DNA of 64,000 nucleotides, taken from assembly GCF_006345805.1 (NCBI RefSeq), contig NC_043003.1:32984001-33048000 (forward strand). Direction: 5' to 3'. Under the pieces are notes generated by a model. It had not been told where the DNA came from and did not search any database. It saw nothing but the letters and a program-made list of their open reading frames with translations. Source of the DNA: Octopus sinensis (lineage: Eukaryota). This document shows positions 50,001 through 61,870 of this stretch, in pieces; positions within the stretch are counted from its first letter, which is position 1; each line of letters begins with the position of its first letter. The position numbers and the translations under genes are program-made.

Positions 50001-50888
50001 CGAGGTAGTGCTCGCAAGGAACCGGAATTTTGCAATATCATTTTGTCCACTTAGTTTTATTGGTTTACACTTTTATCGCATTCAAAATATTCTCCGTTTG
50101 AAGTAATGCATCGGTCCATACGCGTTTTCCACTGTTCGAAGCAGTGTTGGACCCCTTGCAAAGTGATGCCTTTTAACACGTCCGTCCTTTTTTCTTCACC
50201 TCTTCCACATCCGCAAATTCCATTGCACCGGCTTTCGTCACCAGTGATGACCTTCGAAAAAAGGTCCGGATCAACTTCCAACTGTTCTTTCAGTTGATGA
50301 CACGCATGCACTCGTAACTGCTTTCGATCTTCCGTGAGCAAGTAAGGCACAAATGTTGATGCAATTCTTTTCATTTGCAATTCCTCGCTGAACATTCGTT
50401 AGCAGCAGCTCCAGGTCACACAAGTCATATCAACCAGTTCGTCAATTGTTTGGCGACTGTCATCCAAGATCAGTTCATGAAGTTTCTTGATGTTTTCATT
50501 CGCTCGAGAGGTCGACGACGCCCTGAACGAAGTTTGTCTTCAAACGACGTGGCAATTCCTAAAGCGTGAAAACTTGTGTTTTGCACCTGGCAGCGTCCAT
50601 GTAAGCTATTAGAAGCATGACAACTGTTTCGGCTGCCGTTTTCCCCAGCAGATAACAGAATTTCACGGAAGCACGCTGTTCCTCAGTTTCAGCCACTGCA
50701 AAATTCGACGAACAGGAGAGAAGCACTGTAAAACAAAGACCCATCACGTTACAGAACGACACGAAGCGACAACGCCGGTCGGCAGACTGATACATTAGGC
50801 TTTCATCAAGTTCCTTCTAGCGGCGGAAGATTGACAAACAACGGGCTTGTTCCACAGATAATGTTTCCGGTTACTTTTGGGTACCTCG
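50001..50888 (-). mobile_element. Internally deleted mariner with both TIRs and TA TSD
   Basis: TA-cgaggta..aaccggaa (left) and ttccggttacttttgggtacctcg-TA (right); EQRASVKFC, FVPYLLT, VITGDES, FEQWKTRMDRCITSNGEYFE. Confidence 0.9.
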
Positions 50889-51385
50889 TATAAATGATCA
50901 AATACATTTAAATTATAACCAACCCTATTTTAGATATATTTAAAACATGATACAATGCGCCATTCAGTATGATGAGACTGAAAACTATTCGGTTGTTATT
51001 TTCTAACAAATAGAATGACTGCCTAGGATTTTCCTAGTTGATTCGTGTATATTTTCAGGAAAGCATGGGTTGTGAAACCTTTACCTTGTGCTTCACTGTA
51101 AATCGTTAAAAAGTGAGGGCTAGAACTATAGAAGATCCCAAATGTTACAACATGTGAGGAAGAGCCAATCATCTCAACGATGCTTGCTCTATAAGACGAA
51201 AGAGCTCAAAACCTATATTTTCCCTACTTACTAATAGCAGTGAAGTCCTCAACGTAATGAAATATAAACACTATTAAAGAAATAATTTGCACAGGTTTGA
51301 ATTTGAACGCGCGCGCACACACATACGCACAAGTGTGTGTACATATCTTTAAATCTCCCTCTCTTTTTCGTTATCTTTCTGTTTG

Positions 51386-51457
<72 letters not shown>

Positions 51458-51469
51458 CATATCTATCTA

Positions 51470-51975
51470 ATCACTTGAAAAGGAAAGTGAGAGTAGAGAG
51501 GCAAGTTTTGACTAGCGAATGTTTTAAAAAAATGTAGCAAGGATGGCACGTGTGAATGACGAAGCCACCTTGAGCATAATCCTATGAACCCAGAAATTGA
51601 AAACAGAGAGTTACCCACCTGCAAACAAATGTGGTAACATGTAACAATATTGACCGAGGTTACCGTGGTCTTTTCCGTAGGCTTTTCTTTCCACGGATAA
51701 ACCTTTTGTGCTTCCCCCTTTACGCCGTACATCATGAAACTGTGATACACGATCCCTATTGTACGTTTTTTTCTTTTTCCCCCTTTTTCCTTTCTTTTTT
51801 CTCATTTTTTTCTCTTCTTTTGTTTCTTTTCATTTTTTCTTTTTTTCTTTTTTCCCTTTTACGATCCCTTTTGATCGAAAACCTACCCCACTTTTTTTTT
51901 CATCCCCAAAAAGAAAAGCTCTACCTTGTAATTTGTCCATCCGTGTGCAGTCCTGTGTGGCCAATAAAGAAACTT
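51470..51975 (+). mobile_element. 5'-truncated L1-Tx1 LINE flanked by (ATCT)n
   Basis: HLKRKVRVERQVLTSECFKK homologous to the 42652 ORF end; 3' end cctgtgtggccaataaagaaa; ATCT arrays on both sides. Confidence 0.7.
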
Positions 51976-52010
51976 ATCTGTCTATCTATCTATCTATCTA
52001 TCTATCTATC

Positions 52011-52047
<37 letters not shown>

Positions 52048-52150
52048 CTATCTATCTATCTATCTATCTATCTATATTATTTATCTATCTATCCGTCTAT
52101 CTATCTATCCATCCATCCATCCATCCATCCATCCATCCATCCTCCCATCC

Positions 52151-52228
<78 letters not shown>

Positions 52229-53537
52229 TTATGTATATACATCATATACACACAAGTACATATGGATGTGCTCTAGTGATTTTACGTGTAATACCCCTTT
52301 AAAAAAGTAAAGCCACGATTTAAAGCGAGGTACTCAATAAAAATGTTAGATATATGTCTATACTGCAGACATATTGCCCTATTGATGATGGTCCATAGAA
52401 ATTTAACCACATTTCTTTCGATTTTCGATTTCATCAATGTTACTATGGCCTCCTCGTCGTCGTCGTCATCATCATCGTCATCATATACCTTTACACTCAT
52501 ATTTATGTGCGTGTGCCTAGGTATGTAGACACGCATACACACATGCACAAACACATTTTTCTCCAGGGTTGACTGCCTATGTTTCAGTTACATTCGTGAA
52601 TCGTCTTTTTGTGTATATTTATGTTTGCGCATGTGAGTATGTGTGTTGGTGTGTGTGTGTGTGTGTAAGAGAGAAAGAGGAAAGAGAGAGTGAGAGAGAA
52701 ATATAGGGAGCAAGAGAGAGAGAAAATGAGAGATGGGGAGTGAGAGGGGGGAGTAGGAGAGAGAGGGAGAGAGATATGGAGAGCGAGAGAGAGAGTGAGA
52801 GAGATAGGAGAGTGAGAGAGTGAGTGAGTGATAGAGAGAGAGAGAGGGGGGGAGGGAGGGAGGGAGAGTTTTTAAGATATACGCAAGTTCTCGAATAAAT
52901 AGAAGTATGTAACATTGGTGACTTTACGAATAGTATTAACAGTTAAAGTGAAACAAATTTGTTACAAATGTGAATCAAAGGCCCCAAGCAAACTCCTTGT
53001 TTCACACGTTCAACGCTTCCTGTATGGCAATCCCATTAAGTTATATACAAGAATCCTTATTTAGTCGAATGACCTTCTAGAAATAACAGTCAAATGTCCC
53101 CCACATTATACCTCACCGTCTTTAAAAACGTAGCACATAATGTGTTCCCTGACACAATGTTAGAAATTGTGAAGATGACACCTTTAGTCTCTGCTCTAAT
53201 CGAGGTGACCTGGGGTTAAAAAATTTTGGTTTGGATGTTTTTGTTGTTTTTGTTGTTGCTACATCGATTTTAAATGTTGCCAGAGCGCCAATGTGTCTTG
53301 TCTCTGAAAGAACATTGATCAAAACATCTAATATACATATAATTCTGTTCACCTACCGTTATAAACAGCACGAAAGATCCTTAACGTGGTCCCTAAAAAG
53401 TTTAGAAACAATAGCCAAAGGTCCTTCAAATCATATTTTATAGCAGAACGGCATATTTTTCCAAGTAATGATAAAGTGATAAAAGAAGGATTATTTACTG
53501 GTGAAAAGCATTTCATAGTAGGTCAAATTAATCGGGA

Positions 53538-53588
<51 letters not shown>

Positions 53589-53598
53589 CACCACCACC

Positions 53599-53637
<39 letters not shown>

Positions 53638-55205
53638 GTTTACATGTTTAAGTCCTCTTGTTAGGTCTTGGGGGTGTTACTATAGAACCTACCACCAGGG
53701 AAAATGTTTACCAATCGTTTCGGCCAAATTTTGCTCTCCGGACCGGGTCCAGAACTTGAACATGTATGAAGTTGTATATGTGTGCATGTGTGCGTATAAG
53801 CGTGTTTATGTGGGGGTTGGGGTAGGCAGGTCTTTGGTTGTGTGCGTGTGTATGCGCACCGACCAAGTTTCAAGGGAACACCATCAAGTACAGATATTTA
53901 CCAATCATCCCAGTTGTAATATTGTCAGCCCAGCTTAAAATTTATTACAACTTCCAGTAGTATATTCGAAGGGACCACAGGGGCCATTTTCTGTTAAATT
54001 GCCATTCTTAACGAGTATGTGTACGCGTGGGTGAGTCATAGATTCTAGTGCGTATTTGTATGACTGTGTCGCATTGACAGCGATAGGAGTCGATATTGAT
54101 GTGATTTCAATGTACTCCAAACCATTTTCTCATTTCTCTTGCCGTGTAAGTCCCACATACTAATCTAGTGGATATTGATCAGATTGGCACGCTATCAAAT
54201 CGATTGCGCCACTTGACCTGCACATTACTCTAACGACTACAGTTAGTACAAATACACATTTTTTTACTACAAGATATTAAATCAGAATGACGAGAGCTAG
54301 AACAAGTACACCAAGGCATTTTCCGCTGTTCTAACATTTCTGAAAATCCACCGTTCTTGAGGGCAATCATTCAAAATTGGCAAATATATCTTTGACTCAC
54401 GCAACTAAGTTCAAATACTCCTCTAGTTTTACACAAGCCACTATACATACCACAAATGCTACGCTTTTTGCTGGCATTCGCGAGTAATCTCTCTCTGACC
54501 ATTCAGAAAGGGATTACTTCTTGGTGATACTGTTGACACCAGAATTTCTCCGGCCAAATATCTTGTAATGAATTCTTATTACTTTTTCAATGTTTCGCTA
54601 ATGTGTTGATCAAAACACCGCGTCTAGAACAAAGGCGATGATTTGTAGACTACATGGTGCCAAAGTTGTCTGGGTCATACAATCTAAAGCGCATAGACAA
54701 GAAATACAATGCAGCACTGGTTAAGTTATACGAACTGCCGGTCTTGCAACGAGTTAGCCCGTCAGTATATCGATTCGGTTATATCTGATCATTATTGAAA
54801 TATGTTTAAAGAGAAAATTCAAAGAGACAACGAATCAGATTAAAATACAGATACACAGACAACCAGACAGAAAGTACATCAGACATAATAATATTCACAC
54901 ACAAACACGCACACGCGCACACACATATATACAAGTATGTGTTCTTGTGGGTGTGTATATATATATATATATATAGATATATATGGATAGATATACATAC
55001 ATATGTACACATACAAAAGCATATGTGGATATGTATATGTAAACGTAAATATATATATATACTCATATATATATATGTGTGCGTGTGTGTTTGTGTGTGT
55101 GTGTGTGCATATCCATATGCATATATACACACACACGCACATATGTATGTTTATGTTTATGTATATACATATGCATATATGTATACACACACACACCCAC
55201 ACACA

Positions 55206-55236
<31 letters not shown>

Positions 55237-55453
55237 GTGTATGTATGTATGTATCTACACTCATACATACTTACCCACATTTTAACATATACATGAATAA
55301 TCACTTGAAAAGGGTAAATGAATATTTCACTGCCGTTACTATTGAAAGCCAACGACAGTAGTAACAGCTTAGATTTATGTTTAACAGGTTAATTTTGGTA
55401 AACTCTATAAACTCCATGACAAAAGATTCAAGCGTGATGGCAATCGATCAATA

Positions 55454-55484
55454 AACTCTGATGAGAGCGGTTTCAATGTCAGTT
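55454..55484 (+). ncRNA. Decayed minimal hammerhead motif
   Basis: aact CTGATGA gag-cggt-ttc AAT GTC agtt: 4-bp stem I, 3-bp stem II; GAAACGTC reduced to AATGTC. Confidence 0.45.
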
Positions 55485-55632
55485 ATTATCACTTGGAACA
55501 CACACACACATATATATATATATACATACATACATACATACATACATGCATACATACATACACATATATATATATATAATATATATATACATATATATAT
55601 ATATATCTATATATATATATATACATACATAC

Positions 55633-55673
<41 letters not shown>

Positions 55674-55732
55674 CATACATACATACATGCATACATACAT
55701 ACACATATATATATATATAGATATATATATAT

Positions 55733-55790
<58 letters not shown>

Positions 55791-55884
55791 TGTATGGGCA
55801 CGTGCGTGTGTGCTTTTATGTGTTTGTGTGTGGGTGAAGTGAGGGAAAAATATGTATACATATGTACATGTGTATGAATATATA

Positions 55885-55922
<38 letters not shown>

Positions 55923-55966
55923 CTAAATTATCAAAATTAACTATTGCCTAACCATCTCCTCACACC

Positions 55967-56015
55967 GTCTCCGATGAAGGGATATAATAAATATTCTTAG
56001 AAACAGCTATAAGAC
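55967..56015 (+). ncRNA. Minimal hammerhead variant (CCGATGA core)
   Basis: gtct CCGATGA agggatat-aataa-atattctt a GAAAC AGCT ATA agac: 4-bp stem I, 8-bp stem II, AGCT palindrome. Confidence 0.5.
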
Positions 56016-56103
56016 CTATTTGTAAATGTTCTAAAATCTACACAGCCTTGGTTTTTTTTTATCTCATTACAAAAAAAGGAAAAATTATATATACATACAT
56101 ACA

Positions 56104-56180
<77 letters not shown>

Positions 56181-56251
56181 TATATATTATATATATATAT
56201 ATATATAATCAAAATAAGCAACACTTAAAATCGATATATCAAGAAGTTATT

Positions 56252-56333
56252 CAGTACGACCGTTTCAAGCGGTTCCACTTCATTGAACAATGCAATCATT
56301 ACATCAATTTAAATACAGGGATATCATCAGCTG
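56252..56333 (-). ncRNA. Minimal type I hammerhead with both core boxes intact
   Basis: Minus: cag CTGATGA [57 nt, partly hairpin] GAAAC GGTC GTA ctg. Confidence 0.55.
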
Positions 56334-56810
56334 CACGAATAGATAGAATTCTAATCAGTCGGACCCATTAATATAATTTTACTCAAATACTTTAACAGAG
56401 CAAAAAGATGGAAGAAATCCATGTTGTCGCTATTGTAGCTAAGAATATACTATACTTTCAAGAAAGACATGAAGCTTACTGGGATCATAGCTTGTAAAAG
56501 ATTGTGGTTCATTTCTAATTTATTTGTCTTTTATCAACTACTAAATTTAAGATTAGAGGACTGTGTCCGTTTGGAAATAAGGGCGAGACTGAGTTGATAG
56601 TTCATAGGTAGGTCTAGTCATTAATATTTTCAAGATATTAGGAGTAGTAAATTGGGTATAAAGTAACTGTCTATAAAGGAGGGTGAGTAGGGGAAGACCC
56701 TAAATCCTATTGTTCATTACCAGTTACATCCTTATATATATATACATACATTAACATATCTATAGATGTATGCATGTATCGATACCGCCATGCTTTTATA
56801 CATACATACA

Positions 56811-56846
<36 letters not shown>

Positions 56847-56857
56847 TATATGCATGT

Positions 56858-57644
56858 ATATATACATATAGATGTAGCTATGTACATATATGTATGTATG
56901 TATGCATATGTTTTATTTATTAAATTGTTATTATATGATTGAACGCTCGCGTTGTTTTCTTCTTCCAAGTAAGTTTTATTTCAATAATTATGACGCGCAC
57001 TCTTAACTCTTTACTTGACCTTTCCTCTCTACCTGTCTGTCTTCCTCTCTACCTGACTCTCTCCTTCTTATTTTCACCCTTTCTGGTTTCTTCTCCTCTC
57101 TTTCTCCCTCCTCCTCCTCTCTTTCTCTCACTCCTCCTCCTCTCTGTCGTCTCTGACCGGGCGGCTACTAACATTCTTTCTGCCCACAGCTTTCAACTTG
57201 TCAGCATCGGCTTTTTTCTATCTTCCGCAGCCGATCTTCAGAATGCGTTCTAACGAATTTTCCCACCGTCTAGGCTTAAAAAAACCCTTATTGTTGGTTT
57301 CCTTGTCCCATCTTTTACTGTTTTTATCTTTATTTGTACTGTTTTTTTTCTTTATTTGTATTGCTTTTACGTCCTGTTCTTGTCATTTTTTTTTACCCCT
57401 CCGCAAAAATGTTTTATTTAATACATTTTGCGGGAAGGACTGCTTCGGCCGGGCCGTGTTCTGCCCTTATCTTCGAAACACGCATTGAGTCGAAACAGAG
57501 GCAGCTGAAGAAGGGGAATGTTCCTTGTATTGTTTGTCTTGTACTCTGTTTTATCTTTGTTAAAAAAGTCCGTTTCCTTGTTTGATTTTATGTTTCGTTT
57601 CTCGTTGTGTTCTACATTTATTTGTGGTGTCCTGTACTCATATA

Positions 57645-57682
<38 letters not shown>

Positions 57683-57764
57683 TATATATATACATATAGA
57701 TGTAGGTATGTACATATATGTAGGTATGTACGCATATGTTTTATTTATTAAATTGTTATTATAT
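56858..57764 (+). mobile_element. ~900-bp non-coding element with 79-bp terminal direct repeats (pseudo-LTR-like)
   Basis: 56858-56936 and 57686-57764 differ at ~3 positions; body related to the 560-bp tandem unit read on the minus strand. Confidence 0.6.
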
Positions 57765-58132
57765 ATATATATATATTATATATATATACATGCGTTGTGT
57801 TTGTATGCATGTGACTGTGTGTGTATATATTCATGGTATGTCGAATAGTCATTGCTGCGAAATAGATAATGGATAAGATGGGATTGTTCTGGTTCAGTAG
57901 TGAGTGGCAAAGCACCCGATGCTCCGAAAACGATTGCCTTTTAAGTAGGATAGCCCGAGAAAGCTTGCTGAATGGAAGACCCCTCCCCACACATACCCAA
58001 ATATACTCCCCTACTCACATATGGAATTGAATCTGCTTGCCAATATTGAAAAGTGTAAAAATGTCACTAGTTACTAGGACCTCTTCCTAATGTTTAATTA
58101 TTATAGCCCGTCTTAGCATTGGCCTTTCAGTA

Positions 58133-58162
58133 CTGAAGATATTTCGAACGACTCGAAAGCTT
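58133..58162 (+). ncRNA. Weak hammerhead-like core
   Basis: CTGAAGA [15 nt] GAAAGCTT with AGCT palindrome; stems I and II do not pair well. Confidence 0.25.
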
Positions 58163-58353
58163 GGCTCGCTTTCGATTGTTTTTCAAAGTCAATCCTATTT
58201 AATCACTACATAGCGTAGTTATGGAAGAAATGTACTTCATTTGCAGAAGAAGAATGATGTTGGAGGATATAACAGGCTTCTTTCCCAAATCATCGTTAAT
58301 CAAAAGTGTAGACATATAGCCGCAGGAGTGGCTGTGTGGTAAGTATATGGCTG

Positions 58354-58391
<38 letters not shown>

Positions 58392-58463
58392 GCTCTAGAA
58401 ATCCGTTATAGCACTTATCTAGCTTACCAAGTGGTTTAAATCACCTGTGAACTAAACCTCCAT

Positions 58464-58531
<68 letters not shown>

Positions 58532-58532
<1 letters not shown>

Positions 58533-58642
58533 GAAAGAAGGTTTGAAAATGCAAAACATTTTTTAAAATTGCATTTTCAAAACTTCTTTCCTTTATAATT
58601 CCACTCGTGCGGTACCCTACAACTCCACTTTGTTATATATAT

Positions 58643-58680
<38 letters not shown>

Positions 58681-58782
58681 CGAAAGAAGGTTTGAAAATG
58701 CAAAACATTTCTTAAAATTGCATTTTCAAAACTTCTTTCGTTTATAATTCCACTCGTGCGGTACCCTACAACTCCACTTTGT
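58532..58782. repeat. Two 102-bp hairpin-containing units separated by (TA)n
   Basis: 58532-58633 and 58681-58782 (2 differences); each begins with a 23-bp-arm hairpin cgaaagaaggtttgaaaatgcaa / ttgcattttcaaaacttctttcg. Confidence 0.9.
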
Positions 58783-59034
58783 TATATATATATATATATA
58801 TATATATATGTTTGTGTGTGTGTGTGTGTGGGTGTGTGGGTGTGTGTGTATGTGTGTGTGTATGTGTGTGTGTGTATGTGTGTGTGTATGTGTTTGTGTG
58901 TGTGTGTGTGTGTGCGTGTGTGTGTGTGTGTGTTCTCTTTTGTTTCCAATCCTTCAAATTCTTCTGAGGAAAGAGCTGGTTTCTAACAAAGATGCAAAGT
59001 CCCGTCGTTGGATAGTAGATAACAACGAAAACGA

Positions 59035-61870
59035 TGTTACGCTTTAAACTTGAGCAAAATCCTACATGTTTTTACTGTCCCACTACAAATTGTATTTATA
59101 ATGTGCGATTTAGTCAGTTCTTTCTTTTATTGAAAACCCTAGCTTACCCAGATTGTCACTTAAGCATTTGATCACAAAACCACGTGCATCAGTTATTATT
59201 GGTAAAAATGGGAATTTCTAATCTGTATATAGAAGCTGGAGGTTTCGAAGTAGTTAGCCATAGTTATCTTCCTTATCTTTGATTTTTAAAGAGATATTCA
59301 CATCTTTTGCAAGACTCCTACAGAGTTTTATCATTTCGTACAGTACAACTTTGTTTATTAAAAACTGTTAGGTACATTCTCACACTCTCTTCTTCTCAAC
59401 GACCACTCCATCAGCCACTAAGTTCTTGAACTCTGTGACAGTACATACTTTTTCTTGCCTATCCCAAACAACAATAACCATCATGTTATGCTTGCACTTG
59501 ACAGATGCTTTGATGGGAATTTTCCTCCAGTTGTCCTTGTGTTGATGTTTGTATATGTATACAGCAACAAGGAAATTCTCTATCTATTCGCGTACTTTTT
59601 TTCCGAATGGTATTCTATATTGCTTTTGCGACACTGTCGGGTTGCGTAGGGAAGAAATACCCTGATGATAATTTTGAGCTGTTGCTAATTACTTGTGTGA
59701 TGTCTTCCACAGAAATATAACATAATCTACATTTTCGATTGCATCCTGGAGCTCCAAAGACTTCACTCTCTTTTGTTTATTACATATTTTGCAGCCATCT
59801 TCTGTTCTTGGATTACAAGAAGTGTAATGCGATGTAGCGTTTCCATATCTTCAAAACTTTGGGAAACATAGCTATACATGGTCTTTTTGGCATCCAGATT
59901 TTCGTTCAGGTATGTTAGCTCGGCTGTTTTTGCATTGTATGTAAGGTCATCAGGAAGCGGGTGCTTCCCGGAAGCACACTGTCGATATGTAGGATATTGT
60001 TCTATTCACTTTTGAGCATCGGATTAATATATTTATTTTTGGTTCTGTTGGTTAGCAACTGCTGTCTGAGAGAGGCTGTACGATATTCGAATGCTATCTA
60101 CACTGATCTCCAGCCTCAACCTTCTTAATCTCTTCTTATGTAGAACCTGTATTGCTCTACATATTGCTGTGGAAATTTCCAATTGCTGTCAGTTTCTTGC
60201 GGGTCTCACTATCTATGAAGAGACACAGATTAATCAAATATCCAAAATGTCGGAATCAGTACTCTTACTGTAAATACATTGTAGGATATTGTCTTGTAAG
60301 AAGAGAGTTCAATCTGTCATGTATTTCTAAAGTTTAGCATAATTATCTAGGCACATTCTATCTTTGTTCATAGTACCTTCGTATGATATGCTTTCATCAA
60401 TGCCAAGGTACTTGAATCATTCTTTGTGTGGGACACGAGAGATAGTGAGACCATTGTTTCATAGGTTTTGGGTCTGGGGGACTGATTCTCAACATTCAAC
60501 AATCAAATATGAACATTTCTTTTGGCAAATTCCATTCCCATGTCAGCTGAAAATGTTAATGATTCCAGCTGTTTCTTGACGTTGTTAACATTTCTAGCAT
60601 AAATCTCGAGGTCATCCACATAGAAATTATGGGTTAAATCAATATCTCTCCTTTAGCAAGAATGATAATGGATTTAATGCCAAAAAGAACAGAATTACAG
60701 AAAGCCTATCTCCTTGGAATATTCCCTTTGAAATATTTATGACATTAAAGACGATCGTTCCGCTCTCAGTTCTAAGCCTAAGATTTGTTTCTTAAGTCTT
60801 TGTGAGCCTTTTAATTGCAGCAATTAACGTAGTGGGCACTTTTGCCAAACGTAGATACTTCAGCAGCCATGAGTTGGGAATAGAATCAAATACTTTCCTA
60901 TAATGAAGCCATGCTTTTGCAAGACTCCTACAGAGTTTTATCATTTCGTACAGTACAGCTTTGTTTATTAAAAACTGTGAGGTACATTCTCACACTCTCT
61001 TCTTCCCACCGACCACTCCATCAACCACTAAGTTCTTGAACTCACAATGATTCTGGCGGAATTGTTTGAGGCATCTTGTGCACAGTTTGTACATAATGTT
61101 TAGGGAAACAACGAGGCTAAAGGCTCGGTGATTTCACTCTTGGCTATAAGATTGGTCTGTGTTATAATGATCCTACTTGTATGTCAACCTGAACTTCCAT
61201 AATGCTGTTGAGTATACATATTCGTGGTTTCTTCTAAAAAGTCAGTTTCTTGTACTAGTATCGATATTTTAGTTCCCTTCCAACTGCTTGCTCGTTATGC
61301 AGTTTACCTAAACGTTTGGTGAAAATCAATTGCATATGTTTTACTGTTGATGTTGATATAGTATTCTCTCCTCCCTCCATTTAGCCACGATGCATTAAGC
61401 TTGAAATCACTTTTTACGTTCTAAATTTTCGACCGGAATGATTCAACCAGAATGATTCTCGAGAAGAAACTTTCTTAAGAGTAGCATTTCCGTTCCTCAT
61501 CTTTTTGTATAATGTCTGTGGGGCAGAAGCAAAATTATAAATTATATAGGTTCGTTCAAAAATTTGGCTACGGTAATGAAGAATTTCCCTCAGCAATCTG
61601 AGTTCGTGTTTTTGAGTAATTAAACTTTCCTCGAGAGTCTGGTGTGAAGATTTAATATAGAGCTTTGTTAATTTATTCATGGGGTGTAACTGAGAGTGTG
61701 TAAACTTACTCATTCATTCTCTTACATTTTATTATCGTGGTTAGTCTTCCAATATGGTGGCGCAGATTACTGATATTGTCAAGTTTTGCTTTCCATGTAG
61801 GTTGTTTCCGTTTCGTAGTTTTATAATCATGTATTCTGCAGATTTCTCCTAAGTCTTCTTTAAGAGTAAA
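59035..61870 (-). mobile_element. Long decayed R4/Dong-like element (same lineage as 12668-12930)
   Basis: GIFQGDR, HNFYVDDL, FKYLG, RLE region (VWDRQEKVCTVTEF) and C-terminus (GFVIKCLSDNLGKLGFS); CA/TACA-type repeats just past the 3' end; 5' boundary uncertain. Confidence 0.8.

Noticed and set aside
53340-53530. Possible very old mariner C-terminus (LKSYFIAERHIFPSNDKVI)
   Set aside because: No diagnostic motif or TIR recovered
53705-53755. Minus-strand CCGGAGAgcaaaatttggccGAAACgattGGT
   Set aside because: Core and cleavage triplet both deviate
57830-57990. CVGR...SFSEHR as a GIY-YIG endonuclease remnant
   Set aside because: Spacing and residues do not fit convincingly
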